Positions 8,722-17,943 of a stretch of 64,000 nt of DNA are shown piece by piece (the first letter of the stretch is position 1; the number at the start of each line of letters is the position of its first letter). Location of the stretch: the NCBI GenBank assembly GCA_964592385.1, contig CAZQEQ010000002.1:25441-89440 (forward strand), written 5' to 3'. Under the pieces are notes generated by a model. That model saw only the letters and a program-made list of their open reading frames with translations. It was not told the origin of the DNA and did no database searches. Source of the DNA: an uncultured candidatus Brocadiaceae bacterium. Lineage in GTDB: Bacteria; Planctomycetota; Brocadiia; SM23-32. The position numbers and the translations under genes are program-made.

Positions 8722-8830
8722 GGGGCGGCCCGCCACACGTTCAGCCGTCCCTGCGGGACTGGCGGGGGGTAGGCCATCGGTTCCCACCGATGAATCGGTG
8801 GGCTATTATCGGGCGTCCCTACGGGACGGA
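8722..8830. repeat. Hairpin-cluster module R2, inverted copy of 5228-5332
   Basis: The reverse complement aligns with 5228-5332 at roughly 85% identity by eye. It contains CCCACCGA-TGAA-TCGGTGGG (8783-8802), GGGCGTCCC-TAC-GGGACG, and TTCAGCCGTCCCTGCGGGACTGG. Confidence 0.75.
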
Positions 8831-8846
8831 GGGAGGTCGTTGCCCG

Positions 8847-8905
8847 CTTATCTGGCAGGCATTGTCCCGAGGTCCGGTCGAGTCAGCCTGGTCCGCGAGG
8901 CTCAG
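8847..8905 (+). repeat. Intergenic repeat R1, copy c (3' half only)
   Basis: GCAGGCATTGTCCCGAGGTCCGGTCGAGTCAGCCTGGTCCGCGAGGCTCAG differs from copy b by one base over 51 nt. Confidence 0.85.
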
Positions 8906-8933
8906 TAATGCACACTGACTGCTCAACTGAGAC

Positions 8934-8961
8934 TTGACTTCCGGCGCTCGGCTCCTATAAT
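8934..8961 (+). promoter_or_regulatory. Sigma70-like promoter TTGACT-N16-TATAAT
   Basis: TTGACT is at 8934-8939 and TATAAT at 8956-8961, 64 nt upstream of the ATG at 9025. GAGGGAGGA RBS is at 9011-9019. Confidence 0.55.
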
Positions 8962-9024
8962 CTACGGGACGTTTGGTGCGAGAACAGAACAGGGAAGGCC
9001 GACGGACCGCCGAGGGAGGAATAG

Positions 9025-9879
9025 ATGAACGCTTTGACCAAGGTGTTGGTGGTTCTGGTGCTGGTTCTGAGCGTCGCCTTTGCCGCCGCGGAGATGGTGC
9101 TCTACCGCAAGAGGGAAGACTTCGCCACAAAGTACCGCGAGGCAAGCGAGCAGTTGCAGACAGCACAAAGGGACCTGGAGACGAGAAACGGCGAACTGTC
9201 CGACCTGAAGGGGCAGACCGACCTCACCATCGCCGGGCTGCGCCAGCAGGTCCTGACCCTTGAGGACCAGGTGAAGGACGAACAGGCCCGTGCCAACGAC
9301 CTGAACACCTCCCTCGAGCAGGAGAGGGCCAACGTTGGGCGGCTAACCGAGGCCACCCAGAGCCAGCAGACCAGGATTGACACCCTCCTGACGTCGCTGG
9401 ACGGGCTGAAGACGCAAGTCACCGAGTTGCAGGGCATCATCACCACCAAGGAGAACTCCATCAAGGGGTTGCAGGACACCGTGGTCCAGAGGGACACCAC
9501 GATAACGGACCTGACGGTCGAGCTCACGCAGGTCAAACAGGTCAAGACCGAACTGGCTGAGGAGAAGGGCCGGCTCGACGGCATCATCGCACAACTGCGC
9601 ACCCTGGGCTTCCGCATTCCGCCCGCGCCCACCCCGCCCATCAACGCCCTGGTCATCAGCGCCGACAACGCACTGGGGACGGTAGTTATCAACAAGGGCA
9701 CCGACGGCCAGGTGAAGCCGAACACGCACTTCACCCTCTATGACGATGAGGGGTTCATCGCCACGCTGGTGATCCATGAGGTCTCGGACACCGTTGCGGG
9801 GGGCCGCGTGATCCGGACCGCCGAGGGCAGGCAGGTCCACGTCGGGGCCAGCGCGACCACGGAGATACAGCTCGACTGA
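9025..9879 (+). CDS. Membrane-anchored coiled-coil protein with a small C-terminal beta-rich domain, unknown function
   Basis: 284-aa ORF. N-terminal TM helix (VLVVLVLVLSVAFAAA). About 190 aa of heptad-like Q/E/L/T-rich sequence. C-terminal ~80 aa read ALVISADNALGTVVINKGTDGQVKPNTHFTLYDD... It has a strong RBS and promoter. Confidence 0.75.
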   Translation: MNALTKVLVVLVLVLSVAFAAAEMVLYRKREDFATKYREASEQLQTAQRDLETRNGELSDLKGQTDLTIAGLRQQVLTLEDQVKDEQARANDLNTSLEQERANVGRLTEATQSQQTRIDTLLTSLDGLKTQVTELQGIITTKENSIKGLQDTVVQRDTTITDLTVELTQVKQVKTELAEEKGRLDGIIAQLRTLGFRIPPAPTPPINALVISADNALGTVVINKGTDGQVKPNTHFTLYDDEGFIATLVIHEVSDTVAGGRVIRTAEGRQVHVGASATTEIQLD

Positions 9880-9921
9880 GCCGGCATCCGTTCCCTGACT
9901 ATCACAGCAGAGGCAGCCGAA

Positions 9922-11082
9922 ATGACAGACAACAAGATGCTGCAGGGCCTGCTCCTCATCTGTATCGTTTGCCTGTTGGGTGCGACGGCCGTCACCTTGC
10001 TCGATTATAGCCGCTACACGGAAGATGGGTCGGCCCGCGTGGCGGCGGCGGCGGAAGCGGCGCCGGAAACTGCCACGGCGCCGGAGAGCGCTTCCGTGCT
10101 CCGGCTGGCCCCTGAGGACACCTGGGCCGTCGGGATTGTCGACGTCAAGGCGCTGCTGGCCGCGCAGATCATCCAGGCCCTGAAACCCGAGGCCGAGCCC
10201 GGGATGCCTGCCATGGACCCGACGCAGATGGCCCAGGGGGTGGACTCGGTTGCCACGTTCGGCTTCACGGCCGGCGAGGAGATGCTCTGGTGCGCCCTCG
10301 TGGAGTGCCAGGAGGGCGCACGGGCGGCGCTCGAACAGCAGATTGTGCAGATGGGCGAACAGGTGACGGTGGCGGGCCTGACCGCGTACGCCATCAAGCC
10401 GCCTGCCGCGGAACCAGGGATGGCGCCCATGGCCCCCGCTGACATCCCCGGCGTGCCCGACTTGTCCGCGCAGGAAGGCGTGCTGGCGTTCGCTGACGAC
10501 ACCACGCTCCTGGCCGGCTCCTCGGAGAGCGCCCTGGGCACGATGATCGCGAACTACCAGGGCGACTCGGGCGCCGGCGTCGGCAGCGAGTTGCAGCAAC
10601 TGCTCCAGGGACAGGCCGGCAGTCAGGTCCAGTTCGCCGCCGTCCTGCCCGGCGCGCTGAGTGATCTCGTGCCCGAGGGGCAGGCGGGTGAGGTGCCGGC
10701 GGGTCTGGCGAGCCTGAAAGGCGGGGCCCTCGGCGTCAACCTGGCTGCGGACGTTAAACTTGCCGCAATGCTCCGGCTCGGCACGGATGCGGACGCACAG
10801 CAAGTCGTGCAGGAAGCCACGGCCCAACTGGACCCGCTGAAGCAACAGGTCCAGCAGATGGCACAGGCCGACGCCGCGATGCAGCCCCTGGCTGACGCGG
10901 TCAACGGCATATCGGTCTCATCCGCCGGGACCGACGTGAACATGTCGGCGACCCTGACCGCCGATGCCATCAAGAGCCTGCCCGCGTTGGTGATGGCCGC
11001 CATGATGGGCGGCATGGGCGGGGCGATGGACATGGGCGGCGAAGCGATGCCCGAGCCGGCGTTCGATTTCGGTACCGAATAA
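9922..11082 (+). CDS. Membrane-anchored Ala/Gln/Gly-rich protein, unknown function
   Basis: 386-aa ORF, 42 nt after the previous gene. N-terminal TM helix (LLLICIVCLLGATAV). It has a Met/Gly-rich tail and is followed by a strong terminator. I recognise no catalytic motif. Confidence 0.65.
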   Translation: MTDNKMLQGLLLICIVCLLGATAVTLLDYSRYTEDGSARVAAAAEAAPETATAPESASVLRLAPEDTWAVGIVDVKALLAAQIIQALKPEAEPGMPAMDPTQMAQGVDSVATFGFTAGEEMLWCALVECQEGARAALEQQIVQMGEQVTVAGLTAYAIKPPAAEPGMAPMAPADIPGVPDLSAQEGVLAFADDTTLLAGSSESALGTMIANYQGDSGAGVGSELQQLLQGQAGSQVQFAAVLPGALSDLVPEGQAGEVPAGLASLKGGALGVNLAADVKLAAMLRLGTDADAQQVVQEATAQLDPLKQQVQQMAQADAAMQPLADAVNGISVSSAGTDVNMSATLTADAIKSLPALVMAAMMGGMGGAMDMGGEAMPEPAFDFGTE

Positions 11083-11153
11083 ACGGCGGCTCCGAGCGGG
11101 CCACCCCAGGCAGCCACCGGGGAACAGCGCAGGTCACGAGTGACAGGAAACAA

Positions 11154-11198
11154 GGCCAGGTGAGCCTCGAAGCCGTTCGGAGGCTCACCTGGCCTTTT
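11154..11198 (+). terminator. Rho-independent terminator
   Basis: A 15-bp stem, GGCCAGGTGAGCCTC...GAGGCTCACCTGGCC, is followed by TTTT. It lies 72 nt after the stop at 11082. Confidence 0.8.
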
Positions 11199-11217
11199 GC
11201 TTCGTGGGCGGGAATTC

Positions 11218-11247
11218 TTGGACATCGCCCCCGCCGGACATTATAAT
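11218..11247 (+). promoter_or_regulatory. Sigma70-like promoter TTGGAC-N18-TATAAT upstream of mreB
   Basis: TTGGAC(A) is at 11218-11224 and TATAAT at 11242-11247, 36 nt upstream of the ATG at 11283. Confidence 0.45.
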
Positions 11248-11282
11248 TGCGCCGGGACACGGCGCCACCGGCGAGAGGAGCC

Positions 11283-12365
11283 ATGGCAATGGCTGGAGGT
11301 TTGGGGCTCTCCATGCACAGGGCACTCAACTGGTTGATGAGCCTGGGGGCAAGCGACCTCGGCATTGACCTGGGCACGGCGAACACGCTCGTCTGCGTGC
11401 CGGGCAAAGGCGTTGTGCTGATGGAGCCTTCCGTCGTAGCCGTCAAGACCGGAACCAGCCCGCCCGTAGTGCCCCTGAACGGCCGCGCCGTCGGCTACGA
11501 AGCCAAGCGCATGATCGAGCGCACGCCGGAGAACATCAAGGCCATTCGCCCCCTGAAAGACGGCGTGATCGCGGACTTCGAGATCACCGAGATCATGCTG
11601 CGCTACTTCATCGAGAAGGTGCAGAGCCGCTCCTGGGGCGTCCGCCCGCGCATCGTCGTCAGCGTGCCCAGCGGCATCACGTCGGTCGAGAAGAAGGCCG
11701 TCAAGAGCAGCGCGATCAACGCCGGCGCGCGCCGCGTCTTCACCGTGCCCGAACCGAAGGACGGCGCCATCGGGGCCGGGCTCAAGATCAGCGAGCCAAT
11801 CGGCACGATGGTGGTGGACATCGGCGGCGGAACCACGGAGGTCGCCGTTCTGAGCCTGGGCGAAGTCGTCACCCTGGAGAGCCTGGGCGTGGCCGGGGAC
11901 GAGATGGACGACGCCGTCATCACCTACGTGCGGGACATGTACGGCCTGGAGATAGGCCACCGAACCGCCGAGGAGGTGAAGATCGCCATCGGCTCTGCCT
12001 ATCCGCTCCAGGAAGAGGTCAGCTACGAGATCCGCGGCAAGGACATCGCCGCGGGCCTGCCCAGGCGGCTGGAGATCTCCAGCGCCGAGATACGGGAGGC
12101 GATAAGCGCCCCCATCCACCGCATCATAGACGCGGTCAAGTCCTGCCTGGACAAGACCCCCCCGGAGCTGGCCAGCGACCTGCTGAACAGCGGCATCACG
12201 GTCCTCGGCGGCGGCGCGCTCATCCCGGGCATCAAGGAACTGATGGCCGAGGAGACGGGCCTTGAGGTCGGAATCGCCGACGATCCCCTCACTGCCGTGG
12301 CCCGCGGCACCGCCATACTGCTGGAGCGGCTCGACGAGTTCGCGGACCTCCTCGCCGAGGATTGA
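11283..12365 (+). CDS. mreB: Rod shape-determining actin homologue MreB
   Basis: Motifs DLGIDLGTANTLV, KDGVIADFE, VVDIGGGTTEVAV and VLGGGALIPGI. The ORF track starts at 11247, but that codon overlaps the -10 hexamer. I prefer the ATG at 11283 after GAGAGGAG. The start is uncertain by a few codons. Confidence 0.9.
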   Translation: MAMAGGLGLSMHRALNWLMSLGASDLGIDLGTANTLVCVPGKGVVLMEPSVVAVKTGTSPPVVPLNGRAVGYEAKRMIERTPENIKAIRPLKDGVIADFEITEIMLRYFIEKVQSRSWGVRPRIVVSVPSGITSVEKKAVKSSAINAGARRVFTVPEPKDGAIGAGLKISEPIGTMVVDIGGGTTEVAVLSLGEVVTLESLGVAGDEMDDAVITYVRDMYGLEIGHRTAEEVKIAIGSAYPLQEEVSYEIRGKDIAAGLPRRLEISSAEIREAISAPIHRIIDAVKSCLDKTPPELASDLLNSGITVLGGGALIPGIKELMAEETGLEVGIADDPLTAVARGTAILLERLDEFADLLAED

Positions 12366-12826
12366 CCGGTCTCGAAGGAGCTTTTGCCCGCGGGCTCACA
12401 CGGCCAGACTACTGCGTGCGAAGCCCGACCGACCTGCGCGCCTCATTGCACCCGCGCTGCGACCGGTGCTCATCCTCGGAGTCGTGCCCATGCCGGGGAA
12501 CATGAGGACGAGGGTGGTGGCCTTTCGCACCATGCCGCTTCCCGTGGAGGCTGTGCGAACCATGTCATCCCGAGGCGGCGCCTGAAGGGCCGCCGAGGCT
12601 TGCGCGCCGTACGGCGTGGATATCCGTGCGCCGGAAGGGCGCTTTTGTCGCATAATCGAGATTCCCGCCGCAAGGCGGGCAAGCCTCGTCCCGCCTGAGT
12701 GGGACTCGGAATGACGGATTCCCGGCGCGCGTCGCGCTCCCCATGTGCAGGGACGGCTGCTCGCACGGGACGACAGATGAACTGAAACCCGAGTAGGGGC
12801 CAAGGCCCGGCCCCAGGATTCGCACC

Positions 12827-14083
12827 ATGGCTGCCGACCTGCCGCCTGAAACGCAAGAAACCGGCCCGGTCCCTTCCCTGTACCGGAGGCGCGGCTACCG
12901 GCACACGGTGAGCTGGGCCTTCTACGGCGCCTTCTTCGCCATCGTCATCGGCCAGGGTCCCTTCGTTATCCGCCAGCTCGGCGGGACGGCGCTCCAATCG
13001 CTCATGGTGAACGTCGGTCTGGCCGTGCCGCTCGTCTTCGCCGTGCTCTGGGTCCCGTTCGTCGAGCGCCGCAACCCGGTCCGGCTCACCGGACTTCTTC
13101 TGGGTGTGGCGGGGGTACTGCTGGTGTTCAGCGGCCTGGCGAGCGGCCTGTGGTCCTTCGTGCTGGTGCTGGCGGGCGGGACGATGCTGGCGGCCCTTTC
13201 GCGGCCGAGCCTCGGCGCGGCGCTCCGGCAGGTTTACCCCGACCGCTGGCGGGGCAAGCTGCTCAGCCTGCCCAACACGGCCTCCATGCTCGTGCGCGTC
13301 GTCTGCCTGGTTTTGGTGGGGCGGTTGCTGCGTCGGGACATCGGGCTGTACCGGTGGGTTTTCCCGGCGGCCGGCGTCTGCCTGGTTGCGGGCGGCCTGC
13401 TGTTCCGCGGGATCGGGGGGAGCCGGGGGACGAGGATTGAGGCCGACGGAACGGACGCCCGCAGCGCCGCACGCCAGATGGCGGACGGCGTCCGTGACGC
13501 GTTCGGCAACCGCGTGCTGCTGATCTTCCTGCTCGGCTACTCCATAACGGCCTGCGGCGGCGTGCTCTGCGGGAACGCGCTCCCCCTGTTCGCGCGGGAC
13601 GACCTGGCCCTGACGACCGAGCAGTGGGGCTATGCCAGCGCCGGGAGCATGTTGGCGATACTGGTCAGCTTCTACGCGTGGGGCGTTCTGCTGGACCGTT
13701 TCGGCGCCCCCTTCACGATGGTCCTTTCGTGGGTGTTCCTGTGCGGCATGATCGGCGCGCTCTACCTGGTGCGGAGCTGGTCCGTGTTCTTTCTTCTGAT
13801 GGCCGGGCGGGGCGTCTTCGACGCGGGCAACATACTCGCCTTCTTCCCCGTCGTGATGCACTTCACCGACTCCGACCGCACGACGAGCGGCATGGCGCTG
13901 CACTTCACCCTGTGGGGCATCCGGTGGGTGCTGATGATTCTCCTCGTGGTCCTGGTGGTGGACGCGCACCTGTTCGCCGTGCGGTACCTGTTCCTGGTGA
14001 GCATGGCGCTCGTGGCCGTCGGGACGGCCGTGATGGCCGCCGTCTGGCGCTGCGACAGGCGCCGCCCGACGGCCGGCCGTTGA
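12827..14083 (+). CDS. MFS-type transporter
   Basis: 418-aa ORF with about 12 hydrophobic segments in a 6+6 arrangement and a central charged loop (GGSRGTRIEADGTDARSAARQ). Substrate is unknown. Confidence 0.75.
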   Translation: MAADLPPETQETGPVPSLYRRRGYRHTVSWAFYGAFFAIVIGQGPFVIRQLGGTALQSLMVNVGLAVPLVFAVLWVPFVERRNPVRLTGLLLGVAGVLLVFSGLASGLWSFVLVLAGGTMLAALSRPSLGAALRQVYPDRWRGKLLSLPNTASMLVRVVCLVLVGRLLRRDIGLYRWVFPAAGVCLVAGGLLFRGIGGSRGTRIEADGTDARSAARQMADGVRDAFGNRVLLIFLLGYSITACGGVLCGNALPLFARDDLALTTEQWGYASAGSMLAILVSFYAWGVLLDRFGAPFTMVLSWVFLCGMIGALYLVRSWSVFFLLMAGRGVFDAGNILAFFPVVMHFTDSDRTTSGMALHFTLWGIRWVLMILLVVLVVDAHLFAVRYLFLVSMALVAVGTAVMAAVWRCDRRRPTAGR

Positions 14084-14149
14084 GGTGGCCCCGCGCGTCC
14101 GTTTGCCTTATCATGGCCGCTCCGCTGGCAGCGGGGGAGCGGTGAAGAC

Positions 14150-15190
14150 GTGAGCTACCGGATCGGCATGGACGTCCTGAACCTGAGGCCCGCCCCGCGC
14201 CCCGCGCACACCGAGTACTGCAGCAACGACGCCCTCGTCCGCGCCGTCACCGGGCTCGACCCGCTCAAGAATGGGCGCGCCTGGCGGGCGTTCCAGGACG
14301 CCTGGCAGATCGACCTCGTCTGGGTCACCAACGACGGTCCCGTGCCGTGGAACGAGAGGGGAAGGACGACGGACATGGGGCACGCCGTCTTCCTGGAGGG
14401 CGGGCGGGACAAGCGGCCGGCCGCGCCCTGCCCGTTCGCCTCCGTCGAAGACGTCTGGGAGTTCGACGCCGTCGAGGAGTACGGCCTGCCCGATTTCGAC
14501 GGCCTCGTCAGCTACTACGAGCAGTGGCACCACGAGGGCCAGGCGGCCAACCCGGAGCAGGTCTGGCCGGGCGGCTACTACAAGACCATCGTCTCCGGCG
14601 CCATCGAGGCGTTCGGCTGGGACATGCTGCTTTCTGCGGCAGCGGACCAGGCCCGGTTCGAGCGCGTGCTGGACGGCTTCTTCCGGCTCAGCCTGCACCA
14701 CTATCGCGCCTGGGCGGAGACCTCCGCCGAGGTCTTTATCTGCCATGATGACATGGTCTGGAGCGAGGGGCCGTTCATGCACCCGGAGTTCTACCGGGCG
14801 GCGATCTTTCCGCGCTACCGGGCGCTCTGGGACGTGCTGCACCGCAAGGGCAAGCGGGTGCTCTACTGCTCCGACGGCGACTTCACCATGTTCCTGCGCG
14901 ACCTGGCCGACGCCGGCGCGGACGGCTTCATCTTCGAGCCCCTTGTGGACCTGGAGGCCGTGGTGGGGGACTTCGGCGGCACGCACGTCATCGTCGGCAG
15001 CAAGGTGGACTGCCGCACGCTGACCTTCGGCACGCCGGAGGGTATCCAGGCCCAGGTGGACGCGACGCTGGAGTTGTGCGCGGACTGTCCGGGCTTCGTC
15101 TTCGCCGTGGGGAACCACGTTCCGAGCAACGTCCCGGTCGAGAACGCGCTGTTCTACTTCGATTATCTCAGCAGCCACTGGCACAGGTAG
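14150..15190 (+). CDS. Uroporphyrinogen-decarboxylase-like (URO-D family) protein
   Basis: 346-aa ORF with a GTG start after GGGGGAG. The C-terminal half (VFICHDDMVW, VLYCSDGDF, DAGADGFIFEP, FVFAVGNHVP) resembles URO-D/MtaA-like TIM-barrel enzymes. The assignment is by eye only. Confidence 0.6.
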   Translation: MSYRIGMDVLNLRPAPRPAHTEYCSNDALVRAVTGLDPLKNGRAWRAFQDAWQIDLVWVTNDGPVPWNERGRTTDMGHAVFLEGGRDKRPAAPCPFASVEDVWEFDAVEEYGLPDFDGLVSYYEQWHHEGQAANPEQVWPGGYYKTIVSGAIEAFGWDMLLSAAADQARFERVLDGFFRLSLHHYRAWAETSAEVFICHDDMVWSEGPFMHPEFYRAAIFPRYRALWDVLHRKGKRVLYCSDGDFTMFLRDLADAGADGFIFEPLVDLEAVVGDFGGTHVIVGSKVDCRTLTFGTPEGIQAQVDATLELCADCPGFVFAVGNHVPSNVPVENALFYFDYLSSHWHR

Positions 15191-15201
15191 GGGGGTACTC
15201 C

Positions 15202-17943
15202 ATGTCTGACGACGCCGGCCCGGTTCTCTGGCACGCCCTGCCGGTTGCATCCGTGGCGGAGCAGCTCGGGGCGGATATCGTCGAGGGGCTCTCCGGCAGG
15301 GAGGTGCGGCGGCGGCTGCTTCGCTTCGGCCCGAACCAGCTCCGGCGCGCCCGGTCGGTGCCCTGGTGGCGCGTGTTGGCCGCCCAGTTCAAGAGCCTGG
15401 TGGTCCTGCTGCTGGTGTCGGCCGCCGTCGTCGCCTTCGCCATGGAAGACGTGCTGGAAGGGCTCAGCGTCGCGGTCGTGATCCTGCTGAACGCGGGGAT
15501 CGGCTTCGTCACGGAGTACCGGGCCGGCCGGGCTATGGAGGCGCTCCAGAAGCTCGGCGCGGCCGATGCCGTCGTCCTGCGCGGCGGGACGCGCCTGACG
15601 GTGCCCGCCACCGACGTGGTCCCCGGCGACCTGCTGGTCCTGAACGAGGGGGACTCCATCGTGGCGGACGCCCGGCTCGTGGAGTCCGCCGGCCTCCAGG
15701 TGGACGAGGCGGCGCTGACGGGCGAGTCGGTGCCCGTCGTTAAGACGGTCGCCCCGCTCGACGATGCCGAGACGGCGCTTGCGGACCGCCTGAACATGGT
15801 CTTCAAGGGAACCCACGTCGCCGGGGGGAACGCCCTGGCCCTGGTGACCTCGACCGGGGTGAGCACGGAGATCGGCCATGTCAGCGAACTGGTCAGCGCG
15901 ACCGAGGACGTGGAGACGCCCCTGGAGAGGCGGCTCGCCCGCATGGGGCGCAGGTTGATCGTTTTCTGCCTTGGCGTGGCAGCCCTGGTTGCGGTGCTGG
16001 GCATCGCCCGGGGGCGGGAGACCTTGCTGATGATCGAGGCCGCCATCGCGCTGGCGATCGCGGCTGTGCCGGAGGGGCTGCCCGCCGTGGCGACGATAAC
16101 GCTCGCCGTCGGCATGCGCAGGATGGTGCGCCGGAACGCGCTGGTGCGGCGGCTGCCCGCCGTCGAGACGCTCGGCTCGGCCACGTGCATATGCACGGAT
16201 AAGACCGGCACGCTGACCCGGAACGAGATGACGGTCTCGCGGGTCGCCGTGTGGGGCCGGCAGGTCGAGGTCTGGGGCTCCGGCTACGCGCCGGAGGGCG
16301 AGTTCGTCGAGGCGGGGAAGTCAGTGGACGCTGCCGAGGACCCGCAGCTTCGACCGCTCCTGGTGGCCTCGGCCCTTTGCAGCAACGCCACGGTCGAGGG
16401 GAGTCCGGCGGGCGAATGGGTGGTGACCGGCGACCCGACCGAGGCCGCCCTGGTGACGGCGGCCGCCAAGGCGGGGCTGCGGGCCGGCGAGTTGCGCCGG
16501 ACCTACGTTGAGCGCAAGGAGTTCCCCTTCTCCAGCGACGCCATGATGATGGGCACGGTCAACGAGGGGCTGGGCGAGGGGCTCGCGCCCGGCGGGGGCA
16601 CGGCCCTCTGCGTGAAGGGGGCGCCGGCGAGGGTCGTCGAGCACTGCTCGAGGCTGAGGACCCCGAGCGGCGAGCGGGACCTGGACGCGGCTGCCCTCGG
16701 CAAAGTCCTCGCCGAGAATGAGGCGATGGCCGGCGAGGGGCTGCGCGTGCTCGGGGTTGCGTACCGTTCGCTCGAAAGCGTGCCGGCCGACGCGGGTGAC
16801 GCCTACCGGGAGTTGACGTGGCTGGGCCTGGTGGGCATCGCCGACCCGCCGCGCGAGGAGGTGCGCGAGACGGTGGACATTCTGACCGGGGCGGGGATAA
16901 AGACCGTGATGATAACCGGCGACCAGCCGGCGACGGCCGCCCGCATCGCGGCGGCGGTGCATGTCGCTCCGGAGGGGGCAGATGTTCTCACGGGAGCGGA
17001 CATTAATCCGCTCGATGATGACCAGTTGACAGAGGGGGTGACGGCGGTGGAGGTCTTCGCGCGCGTCAGCCCGGAGCAGAAGGTGAGAATCCTCCGGGCG
17101 CTCCAGCGGCGCGGCGAGATATGCGCCATGCTCGGCGACGGGGTGAACGACGCGGTGGCGCTCAAGGGCGCCGACATCGGCGTGGCCATGGGCATCAAGG
17201 GCACCGACGTGGCCAAGGAGACGGCCGACATGGTCCTGCTGGACGACCGGTTCGTCACCGTCGGGCACGCCGTGCACCAGGGCCGCATCATCTACTCGAA
17301 CATCAAGAAGTTCATCCATTACCTGTTCAGCTGCAACCTGAGCGAGATATGCACGATGCTCCTGGCCTCGCTGCTGGGCCACCCGCTGCCGCTGCTGCCT
17401 CTACAGATATTGTGGCTCAACATGATAACCGACGTGCTGCCCGCCCTCTCGCTCGCCATGGAGCCGGGCGAGAAGGACGTGATGCGGCATCCGCCGCGCT
17501 CGGCGGACGCCGCGCTGCTGGACGGCCGCACGGCGAAGTCCATCGGCGGCTACGCCTTGCTGATCACGGTCTGCACCGTCGCCGCGTTCCTGTTCGGCCA
17601 TCACGTGCGGGGGAACGTCGCCGGCGCGGCGGTTACGATGAGCTTCCTGACGATCGGCTTCGCCCAGCTCTTCCACGTCTTCAACTCGCGCAAGGAGCGG
17701 GGCGCGCTGCGGGGGCGCGAGTGGCTGGGCAATCCGTTCGTGCTGGGCGCGGTGGTCGTGACGGTGGGGCTCCAGCTTGCGGCGGTCTACGTGCCGGCAC
17801 TGCGCCTTGTCCTGAAGACGGTGCCGCCGACGGGGGTGGACTGGCTCGTGATCGCCGGGTGCTCCCTGGCGCCGCTCATCGTTGGACAGGCGGCGAGGCG
17901 GGTGGCGGACGCTCAGGCGCGGCGGGTGCGCACGGCCTCGTAG
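15202..17943 (+). CDS. P-type cation-transporting ATPase (P2-type, Ca2+/Mg2+-like)
   Basis: Motifs LTGESVPV, CTDKTGTLTRNEM, MITGDQPATA and GDGVNDAVALKGADIGVAMG, plus 10 predicted TM helices. I prefer the ATG at 15202 (MSDDAGP...), 11 nt after the previous stop. Confidence 0.9.
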   Translation: MSDDAGPVLWHALPVASVAEQLGADIVEGLSGREVRRRLLRFGPNQLRRARSVPWWRVLAAQFKSLVVLLLVSAAVVAFAMEDVLEGLSVAVVILLNAGIGFVTEYRAGRAMEALQKLGAADAVVLRGGTRLTVPATDVVPGDLLVLNEGDSIVADARLVESAGLQVDEAALTGESVPVVKTVAPLDDAETALADRLNMVFKGTHVAGGNALALVTSTGVSTEIGHVSELVSATEDVETPLERRLARMGRRLIVFCLGVAALVAVLGIARGRETLLMIEAAIALAIAAVPEGLPAVATITLAVGMRRMVRRNALVRRLPAVETLGSATCICTDKTGTLTRNEMTVSRVAVWGRQVEVWGSGYAPEGEFVEAGKSVDAAEDPQLRPLLVASALCSNATVEGSPAGEWVVTGDPTEAALVTAAAKAGLRAGELRRTYVERKEFPFSSDAMMMGTVNEGLGEGLAPGGGTALCVKGAPARVVEHCSRLRTPSGERDLDAAALGKVLAENEAMAGEGLRVLGVAYRSLESVPADAGDAYRELTWLGLVGIADPPREEVRETVDILTGAGIKTVMITGDQPATAARIAAAVHVAPEGADVLTGADINPLDDDQLTEGVTAVEVFARVSPEQKVRILRALQRRGEICAMLGDGVNDAVALKGADIGVAMGIKGTDVAKETADMVLLDDRFVTVGHAVHQGRIIYSNIKKFIHYLFSCNLSEICTMLLASLLGHPLPLLPLQILWLNMITDVLPALSLAMEPGEKDVMRHPPRSADAALLDGRTAKSIGGYALLITVCTVAAFLFGHHVRGNVAGAAVTMSFLTIGFAQLFHVFNSRKERGALRGREWLGNPFVLGAVVVTVGLQLAAVYVPALRLVLKTVPPTGVDWLVIAGCSLAPLIVGQAARRVADAQARRVRTAS

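Noticed and set aside
5228-8830. The repeated hairpins in the two intergenic regions as a possible CRISPR array.
   Set aside because: The repeats are not regularly spaced and occur in both orientations. They differ in sequence with compensatory changes. No cas genes are present. The organisation fits REP/BIME-like elements instead.
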